Shown here piece after piece: positions 18,472-27,943 of a stretch of DNA of 64,000 nt. The position numbers and the translations under genes were made by a program. The notes beneath the pieces are model-generated. The model was not told the origin of the DNA. It did not search any database and saw only the letters and a program-made list of their open reading frames with translations. Source of the DNA: Alphaproteobacteria bacterium (lineage in GTDB: Bacteria; Pseudomonadota; Alphaproteobacteria; Bin95). Location of the stretch: the NCBI GenBank assembly GCA_963665325.3, contig OZ224045.1, positions 512,001-576,000 of the forward strand, given 5' to 3'. How positions within the stretch are numbered: the first letter of the stretch is position 1; every line of letters starts with the position of its first letter.

Positions 18472-21400
18472 GTGCTGTCGATCGGCGCATTGGCCTCGGC
18501 GTCGCAGGGCGCGTCCTATTACGAGCGCGACGGCTACTATGCCAGGGACGATCCCGAGCACCGCGAGGCGAGCGCCTGGGCCGGTAAAGGCGCGGAAGAG
18601 CTCGGGCTGACGGGGCCGGTCGATGCCGACACCTTCCGCGCGGTCCTCGAAGGCAGGGTGCCGGACGGCTCGGGCCGGCAGCTCGGCCGGCGCGGCAGGG
18701 ACGGCGAGATCCTGCACCGGCCCGGCCGCGACCTCACCTTCAGCGCGCCCAAGTCGGTTTCCATCGCGGCACTGGTCGGCGGCGACGACCGCATCGTGGA
18801 TGCGCATGACCGCGCCGTCCAGGAGACGCTCGCCTGGGTCGAGAAGAACGCCGCCGAAACGAGGATGAAGGGTCCGGAAACGGGGAAGATGGCGCGTGTC
18901 GGTGGACAGAAGATCGTCGCGGCTGTCTTCAGGCACGATACCAGCCGCAATCTCGACCCCCAGATCCACACCCATGCGGTGCTGGCCAACATGGTCCGGG
19001 GCGCGGATGGCAAGTGGCGCTCGATGGCAAACGAGGGCCTCTATGAGAAGCAGAAGCTGATCGGCATGCTCTACCGCAACGAACTCGCCGCCGGTCTGGC
19101 GAGGCTCGGCTACGGCATCGAGAAGACCCATGCCGACGGCCGCTTCGAGATCGCGGGTATCCCGCGCGAAGCCATTGAGACCTTCTCGACCCGGCGCGCG
19201 GAGATCGAGGCGGCGATGGAAGCGCGCGGTCTCGGCAGTTCCGCCGATAATCCGCGCATGGCCGAGCGCGCGGCGCTGATGACCCGGGCCGCGAAGCGCG
19301 ACATCGACCGCGGGGAACTGCGCGGTGTCTGGACGAAACAGGCCGCCGATCTCGGCCTCGATGCCCGCGCACTGGTTGCGGAGGCCGTAGAGAAGTCGGC
19401 TGCGCCGACACTGGAAGGGAGGGATCGAGCCCGGCAACATGATGTCGGCGGCAGGCCGCAGTCGGCCGTCTCGATCGAGACACCCGATACGATCCCGCAG
19501 GCGGAGCTGCCGCTCGACGGGCCGGACCGGACGGCTGGGCCCGACGAAGCCGCGCCGCCGTCGCCCGCGGCGGAGGCCGTCGCCTGGGCGCTGGCGCATC
19601 TTTCGGAGCGCGCGGCGGTGTTCCCGCGCAGCGATCTCTTCGCCGCCGCGCTTGCCCATGCGCCGGGCGCGATCACGATCTCCGGGGCCGAGCGCGAGGT
19701 CGCCGCCCTGGAGAAGGCCGGCGCGCTGCATGCCGTCAATATCCCCGGGGCGGAGGACTCGCTCGCCACCGAGCGCACCGTGGCCGAGGAGCGCGAGACG
19801 GTGGCGTCGATGCAGGCCGGCCAGGGCCGCGGCCGGGCGGTCATGCGCGGCTGGCAGGTGCAGGGCCGCCTCAGCCGGGGCCCCCTCACGGCCGGGCAGA
19901 AGGACGCCGTCAAGCTGATCCTGTCGGCGAAGGACCGCACGGTGGGCGTCCAGGGCTATGCCGGCACGGGCAAGACCACCATGCTGAACCGGGCGCGCAC
20001 GCTGGCCGAGAAGAAGGGCTGGCGCATGACGGGGCTCGCGCCCTCGGCCTCGGCTGCGCAGACGCTGGCAACCGAAGCCGGCATTGACACCGAGACCCTG
20101 CAGCGCTTCCTCGCCCGCAATGCCGGCGTGGCGGAGGGCAGGCTCACGAAGAAGGGCGCCAGGGAAATGCGCGCGGCCTTCGCGAAGACGATCCTGGTGG
20201 TCGACGAGGGCTCGCTGGCCTCCACCGTGCAGGCAAGGGACCTGCTCAGGATCGCCAACGAATTGCGCATTCCCCGCGTGGTGCTGGTGGGCGACGCCAG
20301 GCAGCTCGACGCGGTGGACGCCGGCAAGCCCTTCGCCCAGCTCCAGGCCGCCGGCATGAAGACCGCGGTGATGGACGAGATCATGCGCCAGCGCGATCCC
20401 GCCCTGAAGGAAGCGGTCGAGGCGAGCCTCGCGGGCGAGATCGGCAGGGCGTTCGAGAGGCTCGGAGGTAATGTCGCCGAGGTGAAGCCGGACAATATCG
20501 CGGGCGCGGTCGCCGCAAGATGGCTCCGGCTCTCGCAGGACGAGCGCGACAACACCGGCGTGATGGCGCCCTCCCATGAGCTGCGCCAGCAGATCAACGG
20601 GCATATCCGGGAACGCCTGGCCCGGGAAGGCCGCATCCACGGGCCGACGATGGAGTCCGAGCGGCTGGTGTCGAAGGGCTATACCGGTGCGGAGAAGGCG
20701 CTTGCCGACAACTATGCGCCGGGCGACGTGGTTGCGTTCCACCGGCCCTACAGGCGGATCGGCGTCGAGAAGGGCGACGAGCGCCGGGTGATCGGCGTCG
20801 ATTACAAGTCCCGCGCGGTGCTGCTCGACGACGGCAGGGGCGGGTCCGTCGCCTGGAAGCCGCAACAGATCGGCGGGCGAAGGGGCGGCAGCGAGGTCTA
20901 CAGGGTCGAGGAGATCGAACTCCGCGCCGGCGACCGCATCCGCTGGACCCGCAACGATGCCGGGCTCGGGCTGGTCAACAGCCGCACCGCCGAGGTGCTC
21001 AAGGTCGCGAACGGGCGGGTGACCTTCCGCCTGGAGGGCGGCAAGACGCTCGAACTCGGGGTGAACGACCCGCAACTGCGCCATCTCGACCACGCCTGGG
21101 CGGCGACCGTGCACGCCTTCCAGGGCCGCACGGTGGACAGGGTCATCGCCGCCATGGAGGCGAGGCACAAGCACCTCACCACGCAGAAGAGCTTCTATGT
21201 CGAGATCAGCCGCGCGCGGGACCGCGCCGAGCTGGTGACCGACGACGCGAAGGATCTCCGGGCCCAGCTCGAATCCGTCACCGGCGAGCGCATCGCGGCG
21301 CTCGAAGCCATCGGCGAAATGGCGCGCGAGGAGCCGGCCAGGGCGCCCGGGACCGCCCCGACGGACGGTCCGCGGCGCGAACGGCAACCGGGAAGCAGCG

Positions 21401-21594
21401 CCGGCAGGGAAAAAGACCGGTCCGCGAAGGCCGCGAAGGACCGGGAAAGGGCCGCGCCGGAGGGCCGGTCGCGGCCGCAACGCGGCGCCGGGGACGGCAT
21501 CGGAAAGAGCCGGCAGGCGGAAAAATCGCCCGCGAAGACGCCGGATCCGCCCTCGCGCGGGCGCGGCAAGGGCGGCATGGACCTCGGCTTGTAG
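18472..21594 (+). CDS. traI: MOBF (TrwC/TraI) relaxase-helicase
   Basis: YY...YY catalytic tyrosines, DLTFSAPKSVS, HDTSRNLDPQIHTH, helicase GYAGTGKT and VVDE. Confidence 0.96.
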   Translation: MLSIGALASASQGASYYERDGYYARDDPEHREASAWAGKGAEELGLTGPVDADTFRAVLEGRVPDGSGRQLGRRGRDGEILHRPGRDLTFSAPKSVSIAALVGGDDRIVDAHDRAVQETLAWVEKNAAETRMKGPETGKMARVGGQKIVAAVFRHDTSRNLDPQIHTHAVLANMVRGADGKWRSMANEGLYEKQKLIGMLYRNELAAGLARLGYGIEKTHADGRFEIAGIPREAIETFSTRRAEIEAAMEARGLGSSADNPRMAERAALMTRAAKRDIDRGELRGVWTKQAADLGLDARALVAEAVEKSAAPTLEGRDRARQHDVGGRPQSAVSIETPDTIPQAELPLDGPDRTAGPDEAAPPSPAAEAVAWALAHLSERAAVFPRSDLFAAALAHAPGAITISGAEREVAALEKAGALHAVNIPGAEDSLATERTVAEERETVASMQAGQGRGRAVMRGWQVQGRLSRGPLTAGQKDAVKLILSAKDRTVGVQGYAGTGKTTMLNRARTLAEKKGWRMTGLAPSASAAQTLATEAGIDTETLQRFLARNAGVAEGRLTKKGAREMRAAFAKTILVVDEGSLASTVQARDLLRIANELRIPRVVLVGDARQLDAVDAGKPFAQLQAAGMKTAVMDEIMRQRDPALKEAVEASLAGEIGRAFERLGGNVAEVKPDNIAGAVAARWLRLSQDERDNTGVMAPSHELRQQINGHIRERLAREGRIHGPTMESERLVSKGYTGAEKALADNYAPGDVVAFHRPYRRIGVEKGDERRVIGVDYKSRAVLLDDGRGGSVAWKPQQIGGRRGGSEVYRVEEIELRAGDRIRWTRNDAGLGLVNSRTAEVLKVANGRVTFRLEGGKTLELGVNDPQLRHLDHAWAATVHAFQGRTVDRVIAAMEARHKHLTTQKSFYVEISRARDRAELVTDDAKDLRAQLESVTGERIAALEAIGEMAREEPARAPGTAPTDGPRRERQPGSSAGREKDRSAKAAKDRERAAPEGRSRPQRGAGDGIGKSRQAEKSPAKTPDPPSRGRGKGGMDLGL

Positions 21595-21654
21595 CCCAAC
21601 CGGCGCTGCTGCCGGCGCGTGCGAAGACGAAATGGATGAAGGAGAACGGATAGG

Positions 21655-22071
21655 ATGGACGGCCAACACCGTGAAACGAAACCGGCCGAGGCCGGGAAAG
21701 CCGAGAGGCGCAGTCCGCATTCGATCCGTTTCCTCGACGGGGAATGGGACCGGATCGAGGCCCATGCCGATGCGCGCGGCCTCACCGGCCCCGAGTTCGT
21801 GCGCTTCGCCACCCTTGAAGCGATGGCCGGCGGGGGAACGGCGGGCCGTCGCCTGGCTCCGCTGATCGAGACGACCTTCCGCGCGGCGCATATCATGGTC
21901 ACGAAAATGCGCGCCGAGATGCTCGGCGAAGGCCGCGAGGAGGAGCTCGACGAGCTGGTCGAGGGCGCCCGGGAGTATCAGGACAGGCTGCTGGAACGGG
22001 AACCCGGCGAGCGAAGCGGCGGCGTCCACGAGTCTGCCGACCCGGGGCGTGCGGGCGCTAATGGATGCTGA
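21655..22071 (+). CDS. Putative ribbon-helix-helix relaxosome accessory protein
   Basis: RRSPHSIRFLDGEWDRIEAHADARGLT...FVR is RHH-like; lies right after the relaxase and near oriT. Confidence 0.6.
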   Translation: MDGQHRETKPAEAGKAERRSPHSIRFLDGEWDRIEAHADARGLTGPEFVRFATLEAMAGGGTAGRRLAPLIETTFRAAHIMVTKMRAEMLGEGREEELDELVEGAREYQDRLLEREPGERSGGVHESADPGRAGANGC

Positions 22072-22810
22072 ACGGGAAGTACCTCGCGTTGATCGTCTCG
22101 TAGGTGCCGTCGGCGAGGATCGCCCGAAGAGCCCGGTTCAGGCGCTGGCGCAGCGCTTCGTCCTCCTTGCGCAGGGCGATGCCGATGCCCTCGTCCAGAC
22201 GGTAGCCATCGCCCACATAGGCGAAGCCGGCGCCCTCGGGACTCCGCAGCCAGTTCCAGAAGCCGAGACCGTCGCCGAACACCGCGTCGAGGCGCCCCTC
22301 CGCCAGCGCCCGGAGCGGCGCACCCAGCTCCGTGAACAGCCTGATGTCGGCAACGCCGGACATGTTGGCCTCCAGCCAGTCCGACGAGATCGTCGCCCGG
22401 GTCGCGCCGATGGTCCGGCCCGCCGGCGCTGCCGGATCGAAACCGGAGCCCTTCCGGGCCACGAAGCGGACGACGTTGCTGTAGTACCGATCCGTGAAGG
22501 CGACCAGACGCCGGCGTTTCTCGGTGATCGACATGCTGGAGACGATGGCGTCGAACTCGCCGGCCCTGAGCGCCGGGATCAGCCCTTCCCAGTCCTGGCG
22601 GACGAACGCGCACCCGGTCTTCATCTGCACACAGAGCGCGAGCGCGATGTCGATGTCGAAGCCGATGAGCCGGCCGGCGTCGTCGATGCCGCTGAACGGC
22701 GGATAGGCGGGATCGACGCCGATGCGGAGTTTATCCCGGGCCGCCTCGTCCCCGAACGCGGGCGCGCCGGCCAGCAGACCGAGGATCAGCGCCGCGAACC
22801 ACCTTCTCAT
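22058..22810 (-). CDS. Amino-acid ABC transporter substrate-binding protein (HisJ/ArtJ family), orphan
   Basis: Signal peptide, YPPFS, GFDIDIA, DAIVSSMSITEKR, ADGTYETI..RYF. Confidence 0.9.
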   Translation of the reverse strand: MRRWFAALILGLLAGAPAFGDEAARDKLRIGVDPAYPPFSGIDDAGRLIGFDIDIALALCVQMKTGCAFVRQDWEGLIPALRAGEFDAIVSSMSITEKRRRLVAFTDRYYSNVVRFVARKGSGFDPAAPAGRTIGATRATISSDWLEANMSGVADIRLFTELGAPLRALAEGRLDAVFGDGLGFWNWLRSPEGAGFAYVGDGYRLDEGIGIALRKEDEALRQRLNRALRAILADGTYETINARYFPFSIH

Positions 22811-23032
22811 GGCAATCTCCGGGGCCAGGGTGTCCCTGCCGCGCAACCTTACGCCGCCGGCGCCGCCAACTGTCAACGGCAAACGACCGTCCGGCACTTC
22901 GGGTGCGGGGGTGCGCTCCGGTGCCCGGCGCCGGGGTGCCGGGCCCGGCGGCGTTGCGGCTTGCGGCCGAACCGGCGCCCCGGCGGGAGAGGAACAGCGT
23001 CAGGCACGGCTGCGGCAAGGGGCTGAAACGGG

Positions 23033-23220
23033 ACGGTTCTCGAGAGAATTTCGGGGCCTCGGGCACGGTTCTCGAGAGAATTTCTGGCCGAATTCGACGC
23101 TTCTCTGGAGAACCGTCCCGGTCGGACGAAGGTTCTCCAGAGAACCGCCGGGGAAAAGTACCAGCGATTCCAGCGGCTTGGTCACGGTTCTCCAGAGAAC
23201 CCGCGCGGTTCTCCGGAGAA
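23033..23220. repeat. Six copies of palindrome TTCTCnnGAGAA (often ACGG-flanked); likely relaxosome protein binding sites
   Basis: Cores start at 23037, 23069, 23101, 23133, 23188 and 23209; the first two lie in exact 20-bp direct repeats. Confidence 0.9.
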
Positions 23221-23313
23221 GCGTCTCCGTCAAACAAGAATCAGGCGTTAGAAGGCGCCCCAAATCCCCCCAAGTCGTTGAAAAGGCGGGCTCTGCGCGC
23301 GCATGCGCCACGG

Positions 23314-23340
23314 GCATCATCGATGCGTGGGGTGTGAGAC
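23314..23340 (+). other. oriT: oriT nic site of MOBF type
   Basis: GCATC-ATC-GATGC hairpin followed by GTGGGGTGT^G; TGCGTGGGGTGTG matches the F-plasmid nic core; predicted nick 23335/23336. Confidence 0.8.
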
Positions 23341-23775
23341 CCAAGGCCGCCCCGGGCGGTCGGGACGGCCTGATCTGCGGCATTCACGATGGGGAAATCG
23401 ACGCCGGGGAACCCGGCGGAAGGGAGCCACCGCGGCGCTTGAGCGGCGGGGCGTTCCGACACTGCTGAGCGACGAAGTGTCGAGCGCGGTGACGGCGGGT
23501 CCGGCGCGAGCGCATCACCGTCACCGGCGGAAGTGCCGGGCGCTCTGCGGGCGGCGGTGCGCGCCGATCGCGACAGCGGGCGCGCACAAGTGCGTCGACA
23601 GGCGATCGAGCCAATGACCGGCCCTGCCGACGGCGGCGACGGCAGTGGTGCGAAGCACCCTGCCGGGGATGCCGATCATGACGATTGCCATGATGATCGT
23701 CGCAACGACCGTCGGCGATGGCGAGCGCGGCGCGAAGCGCGCGCGAGGATCGCGTTGCCGCATCGCCGATGTGCG

Positions 23776-23821
23776 AAAGAAGAAACGGGCCGCGCCACCG
23801 CCGGAGCGATGACGCGGCCCG
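23776..23821 (-). terminator. Probable intrinsic terminator after the DUF2493 gene
   Basis: CGGGCCGCG/CGCGGCCCG stem with a TTTCTTCTTT tail on the minus strand. Confidence 0.55.
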
Positions 23822-23835
23822 CGAGGCGTTGCGGA

Positions 23836-24762
23836 TCAGGCGGCGCAGCGGACCACGGGGATGCCGAGCTGCCGCGCCTTGTCGACGAGGTTGTCGGTGA
23901 TGCCGGAGCCGGGGAACGCGATCACGCCCTTCGGCAGCAGGTTGAGCAGCTCGTCGTTGCGGCGGAACGGGGCGGCTCGTCCGTGGCGGTCCCAGTCCGG
24001 CTTGCAGACGATCTGGTGGACGCCGTTGCGCTCGGCCCAGCTGGCCGCGATCTTCTCCACGCCGGGACCGCCGCCATGCACGAGCACCATGTCGGCGTAT
24101 TTCTCGCGGGCCTTGTCGAGGCGCTCGATGACGGCTGCCGGGTTGGCGATGTCCTTGCCGCCGGCGATGGCGACGAGGGTGCCCTGCGGCAGGTGCGCCA
24201 TGGTCTTCCGGTCCTTCCTCGCGCGCTGGTAGTCGCGGGCGTCGATGGCTGCGGAGGTCAGCTTGCCGGTCTGGCTCGCATGCGATCCGCGCCGGGGCCG
24301 CCACATGCCTCCGGTCTCGCTGCGGTAGGCTTCGGCGGCCTCGTCGCGCATCCGCTCGAAGGCGTCGCGGCGGTCGGTGAGGCACTGCGCCCGGTGGGTG
24401 GTCATCTCCAGCTCCAGCGACCTGATCTCGGTGCCGTCCTGGCTGCGCTGGAGGTCGCGGAGTTCCGGCATCAGCTTGTCGGCGGCGCGGTCGAGGCGGT
24501 TCGTCTGGCTGTCGAGCATGTTGACGAAGCCCCAGAGCAGGCTCTCGCGCTCGTCGGCGATCTGGAACCCGTCCGGCGCGACGCCCTGGGCCATGATGCG
24601 GAAGGCTTCGGCGACGGCGGTCAGCGCCTCGTCCTCGTCCCACACCTCGCGGGGGTCGAACTCATCGCGCTCGGGGGTCGCGCCGAAGAGCTGCGCCTGT
24701 TCACAGACGGTCGCGGTAACGGAGTGCGCGGCGGTCTCGATGGTGTCGATATCGAAAGTCAT
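23836..24762 (-). CDS. DUF2493 (YspA-like SLOG) domain protein
   Basis: C-terminal VAIAGGKD, LVHGG.PGVE.IAASWA, AAPFRRND, AFPGSG; AAGGAG RBS. Confidence 0.85.
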   Translation of the reverse strand: MTFDIDTIETAAHSVTATVCEQAQLFGATPERDEFDPREVWDEDEALTAVAEAFRIMAQGVAPDGFQIADERESLLWGFVNMLDSQTNRLDRAADKLMPELRDLQRSQDGTEIRSLELEMTTHRAQCLTDRRDAFERMRDEAAEAYRSETGGMWRPRRGSHASQTGKLTSAAIDARDYQRARKDRKTMAHLPQGTLVAIAGGKDIANPAAVIERLDKAREKYADMVLVHGGGPGVEKIAASWAERNGVHQIVCKPDWDRHGRAAPFRRNDELLNLLPKGVIAFPGSGITDNLVDKARQLGIPVVRCAA

Positions 24763-24847
24763 GTCGATCTCCTTGTCGATCGGTTTCACGTCCGGGGCCG
24801 ATCCCCGATGTGATGTCCTGTTGGGTCACGCGCGCGGACCGCAGCCA

Positions 24848-24997
24848 CGCGGGATTGGTGGAGCTTGGCGTCGGGGCGGGGCGATGGTGCGGGCGCAGGG
24901 CCTTATTGGAGCTTGGGCCTGAGGGACGAAGGCCCTAGCGGAGATTAGGCCCGAGCCACGGTCGCCCCGGCCCGATGCCTAGCGGAGCCTTCCCGCG
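24848..24997 (+). promoter_or_regulatory. Long imperfect hairpin; candidate ssDNA promoter or single-strand initiation site
   Basis: Nested inverted repeats 24848-54/24991-97, 24867-85/24961-79, 24911-20/24947-56. Confidence 0.55.
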
Positions 24998-25273
24998 CCG
25001 GAGCGCAGCGGAGGACCCCGGAGGGGTTGGCGGAGGGAGCACGTGTGGCACAATGGGAGATCACGTCGGTTGGCCAATTCTCTCCCCCTGCACGGCCCCC
25101 TTCGGCGGTTCGGCCGGGCACGGTGTCTGCCGGTGAAGCGCAACGCCGCGCCGCTGACCCGCGATAGGGATAGGAGCGGTATCGGAGGGAGCTTGCGACC
25201 GGAGATATGAGCGGATAGCCCGGGCCGAAGGCATCGCCCAATTCCACATTTGCAAAAGGAACGGAGCTACGCA

Positions 25274-25609
25274 TCACGTACCCGCCCGTTCCGCCAGCAC
25301 TTCGGAGGCCCATGCCGCGGCCCGCGCCAGCACATCGCCATGACAGGGCAGCGGCTCGCACCAGCAGGCCAGCCAGCACCCGTCCAGCTCCGCGAGATCT
25401 TTCAGCGAAACTTCACCCGCCTGGATGCGGCGCCAGAGATCCGCGCGGTATCGCGCAATTACTTCTTCGCGCGATCCGTCGACTCCCAGCTTGAACGGGT
25501 TCCCCCATTTCGTGCGGCGGTCGATCAGCACGGTGCTGTTCACGACCTGCGCATATTCGAACTCCTCGCGCAGCCGGGGCTCGTGCTTCAGGTTGACGAT
25601 TGCGCGCAT
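25274..25609 (-). CDS. DUF4326 domain protein
   Basis: IDRRTKWGNPF, L.G..LACWCEPLPCHGDVL. Confidence 0.9.
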   Translation of the reverse strand: MRAIVNLKHEPRLREEFEYAQVVNSTVLIDRRTKWGNPFKLGVDGSREEVIARYRADLWRRIQAGEVSLKDLAELDGCWLACWCEPLPCHGDVLARAAAWASEVLAERAGT

Positions 25610-25625
25610 AGACTCCCTCCATTCT

Positions 25626-26705
25626 TCAGGTCGGCTCGCCCGACCCCCGCTCTTCTCCTCCTCCCCCGGATCGGGAGCCTGTCCCGGACGCGATCCGGGA
25701 TCCGGGGCAGGCCGCGCAGCGGAACAGCGGCGCCAACCGGGCGCGCAGCGCGGCGGCGCCGAGGTCGATCAGGTCGTCGTTGAAGTCGTTGCCGACGGGC
25801 ACGATCACCGTGGCGGCGATGCCGAGCCGCGCGCAGCGCCGGGCGAGGCGCTCGGCCGCGAGCGCGCCGTCCTCGTCGTTGTCGCGGGCGATGACGAGCC
25901 GCGCGAGGCCGGGCGGAGGCGCGAACGCGCCGAGGCTGCCGGCCGACAGCGCCGCCGCCGCGCGGATCTCCGGCACAGCGGCGACCAGAGACAGCACGGT
26001 CTCGATCCCCTCCCCGACGACGAGCGCGGCACCGTCGGAGGGCAACCCGAAGCGCACCGCGAGGCCGTAGACGCGGCCGAGCGCCTTGCGCGGCGACGCG
26101 ACGCCCGCCTTGGCGGGCGAGCGCGGATCGAGCCAGGTGCGCTGCACGCCGGTAATCGCGCCGTCGCCGGCGGTGAGGGCGGCGACCAGCGCCGGGAACC
26201 TGCGCACTGTTGAGCCTTCGCGGTAGCGAAGCTCGGGATGGAAGCGCAGCGCCGCGAAGCGGCAGCGCGACAGACCCCGCGCCTGCAGGTAGCGCTCGGC
26301 ATGTGTGCCGGCGACGGCGCGGCAGCGCCGCCACAGGCGGCGTGCCGCCTCGGTGGCGTCGTAGGGCGTGTCCGGCGCCCCCGGAACGTGGTCCGGGGCA
26401 GGCTCCAGGGCGAGGAAGGCGCGCGCCTCGTCGAGCGCCGCGCGCAGCGTCGGCGCTCCTGAGCGGTAGCGGATGAGGTCGAGCAGGTCGCCGTGCTGCC
26501 CCGTTGCTGCATCCGTCCAACCGCCCGGCTTGCCGGAGCCGGAGAGGCGGACGAAGAGCGAGCGGCCGCGGGCGCCGTCGAGGTCGCCGCAGATCCAGTA
26601 GCGGCCGAGCCGGCGGCCGTTGGGGAGATAGCGCCGGCACACGTCCTCGGCGCGCGCGGCGAGCGCCGCGGCAATGCCGGCGGCGGGAGACGGATCGTGC
26701 TGCAT
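25626..26705 (-). CDS. Toprim-domain primase-like protein
   Basis: N-terminal GKW/GDLLDLI-type region, YL..RGL, VGEGIET, ARDND, DFNDDL; GAAGGAGG RBS. Confidence 0.85.
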   Translation of the reverse strand: MQHDPSPAAGIAAALAARAEDVCRRYLPNGRRLGRYWICGDLDGARGRSLFVRLSGSGKPGGWTDAATGQHGDLLDLIRYRSGAPTLRAALDEARAFLALEPAPDHVPGAPDTPYDATEAARRLWRRCRAVAGTHAERYLQARGLSRCRFAALRFHPELRYREGSTVRRFPALVAALTAGDGAITGVQRTWLDPRSPAKAGVASPRKALGRVYGLAVRFGLPSDGAALVVGEGIETVLSLVAAVPEIRAAAALSAGSLGAFAPPPGLARLVIARDNDEDGALAAERLARRCARLGIAATVIVPVGNDFNDDLIDLGAAALRARLAPLFRCAACPGSRIASGTGSRSGGGGEERGSGEPT

Positions 26706-26949
26706 GCGGGACCTCCTTCGAGCCAAGCGGGACGCCCGATACCGGCCGGCCTCCGCCTCCTGCCGGCGCCGGGACGGCGGGCGATGCGCGAAGCGCGAGC
26801 CGTGCCGTCCGGCCGGGGACGGCACCGGGCCGGCTGCATAAAAAATGGCCGGTCCCGCGCGGGAGGAACGCGGAACCGGCCAGGGTCGGCGGGAGGGGCC
26901 CGCCGGAACGATGTCGGGAGGGGAAACATTACGGAATGGGAGAGCGCGG

Positions 26950-26987
26950 GAAACGAAAGCCCGCAGGGCGTTGACCCCGCGGGCTTT
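26950..26987 (-). terminator. Intrinsic terminator after leading-region ssb
   Basis: AAAGCCCGC...GCGGGCTTT stem with a T-rich tail on the minus strand. Confidence 0.65.
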
Positions 26988-27008
26988 ACGGTTTCGGCAA
27001 TGGGCCGC

Positions 27009-27464
27009 TTAGAACGGGATATCCGACGTGTCGATCGGATCGCCGCCGGCCGGCATGCCGCCGGTGTCGCCCGCCATGTCCGGGTCGGGCTGCATCTGCG
27101 AGCCGTTGCCGTTCGGCTTGTCCAGGAATTGGACGCGTCCGCCGGGGACCAGCAGGATCTCGGTCGAGAAGCGGTCGCCGTCCTCGCCCGGCTTCGACCA
27201 GCGCCGCGTCTGCAGCTTGCCGTCGACATAGACCAGCCGGCCCTTGGTGGCGTGCTTTTCGAACATGTCGATCAGCCCGTCCTGGAAGGTGACGACCCTG
27301 TGCCACTCGGTCTTGTCGATTTTGTTCCCGGAATTGCGATCGGTATACGATTCGTCGGTCGCAATGCTCAGATTGGCGACGCGGCCGCCCGAGGTGAGGT
27401 GGTTGACGGTGACGTCGGCGCCGAGGCGGCCGATGATCTGCACCTTGTTCAATCCGAAGGCCAT
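27009..27464 (-). CDS. ssb: Single-stranded DNA-binding protein (leading-region copy)
   Basis: LNKVQIIGRLGAD, TEWHRVV, KGRLVYVDGKLQTR, C-terminal DIPF. Confidence 0.95.
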   Translation of the reverse strand: MAFGLNKVQIIGRLGADVTVNHLTSGGRVANLSIATDESYTDRNSGNKIDKTEWHRVVTFQDGLIDMFEKHATKGRLVYVDGKLQTRRWSKPGEDGDRFSTEILLVPGGRVQFLDKPNGNGSQMQPDPDMAGDTGGMPAGGDPIDTSDIPF

Positions 27465-27573
27465 GACGATCTCCTCATGGGTCCAAGTGTTGACGATGGG
27501 TTGCGAACGACCGGGGCCGGGTTCACTCCCCCGAACCCCCGACCGTTCAATCTCTACAAGCCCTCCTCCACCT

Positions 27574-27822
27574 CTATATCGCCGGAGGGATCGACGATGC
27601 GGGATCCCAGGGCTCGTCCGGTCCGGCCTCGTGCAGGCCGTAGTCCAGTGGCGGTTCCGGGGAGAGGCTCGCGAAGCCGCATGCGGAAAACACCGCAGCG
27701 TGGTCCGGACAGCGCATCGCACGGTCGTGCTCGATCGCCTCGCGGACGGTCAGCGGGTCGATGCCGAGTTCGGCGAGCAGGTCGCTGCTGCCGGGTTCGA
27801 GAGAATGGTCGGAAAGAAACAT
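27574..27822 (-). CDS. Hypothetical acidic protein (82 aa)
   Basis: GAGGAG RBS, ATG start, same strand as neighbours. Confidence 0.5.
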   Translation of the reverse strand: MFLSDHSLEPGSSDLLAELGIDPLTVREAIEHDRAMRCPDHAAVFSACGFASLSPEPPLDYGLHEAGPDEPWDPASSIPPAI

Positions 27823-27943
27823 GGGGCAACTCCTCTGCCGTTGCGTGCCCGGCGACCTGCCCCGGACACCGATCCGGGGTGGCGCGGAGGACCCTCTCCT
27901 CCGGCCTGCCGGACACTCGCCCGACAGGCGCTCTTCTCCTGCT

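Noticed and set aside
16033-22029. 1998-aa minus-strand ORF and other long antisense ORFs (199-2277, 2311-4914, 8853-12602, 41133-44015)
   Set aside because: Shadow frames of well-supported genes in high-GC DNA; no motifs.
23033-23220. Possible CRISPR array
   Set aside because: Repeats are short (12-20 bp), spacers short and irregular, one copy inverted, and no cas genes.
23521-23763. 80-aa ORF with a hydrophobic stretch next to oriT
   Set aside because: No RBS or motif, and it lies past the predicted terminator.
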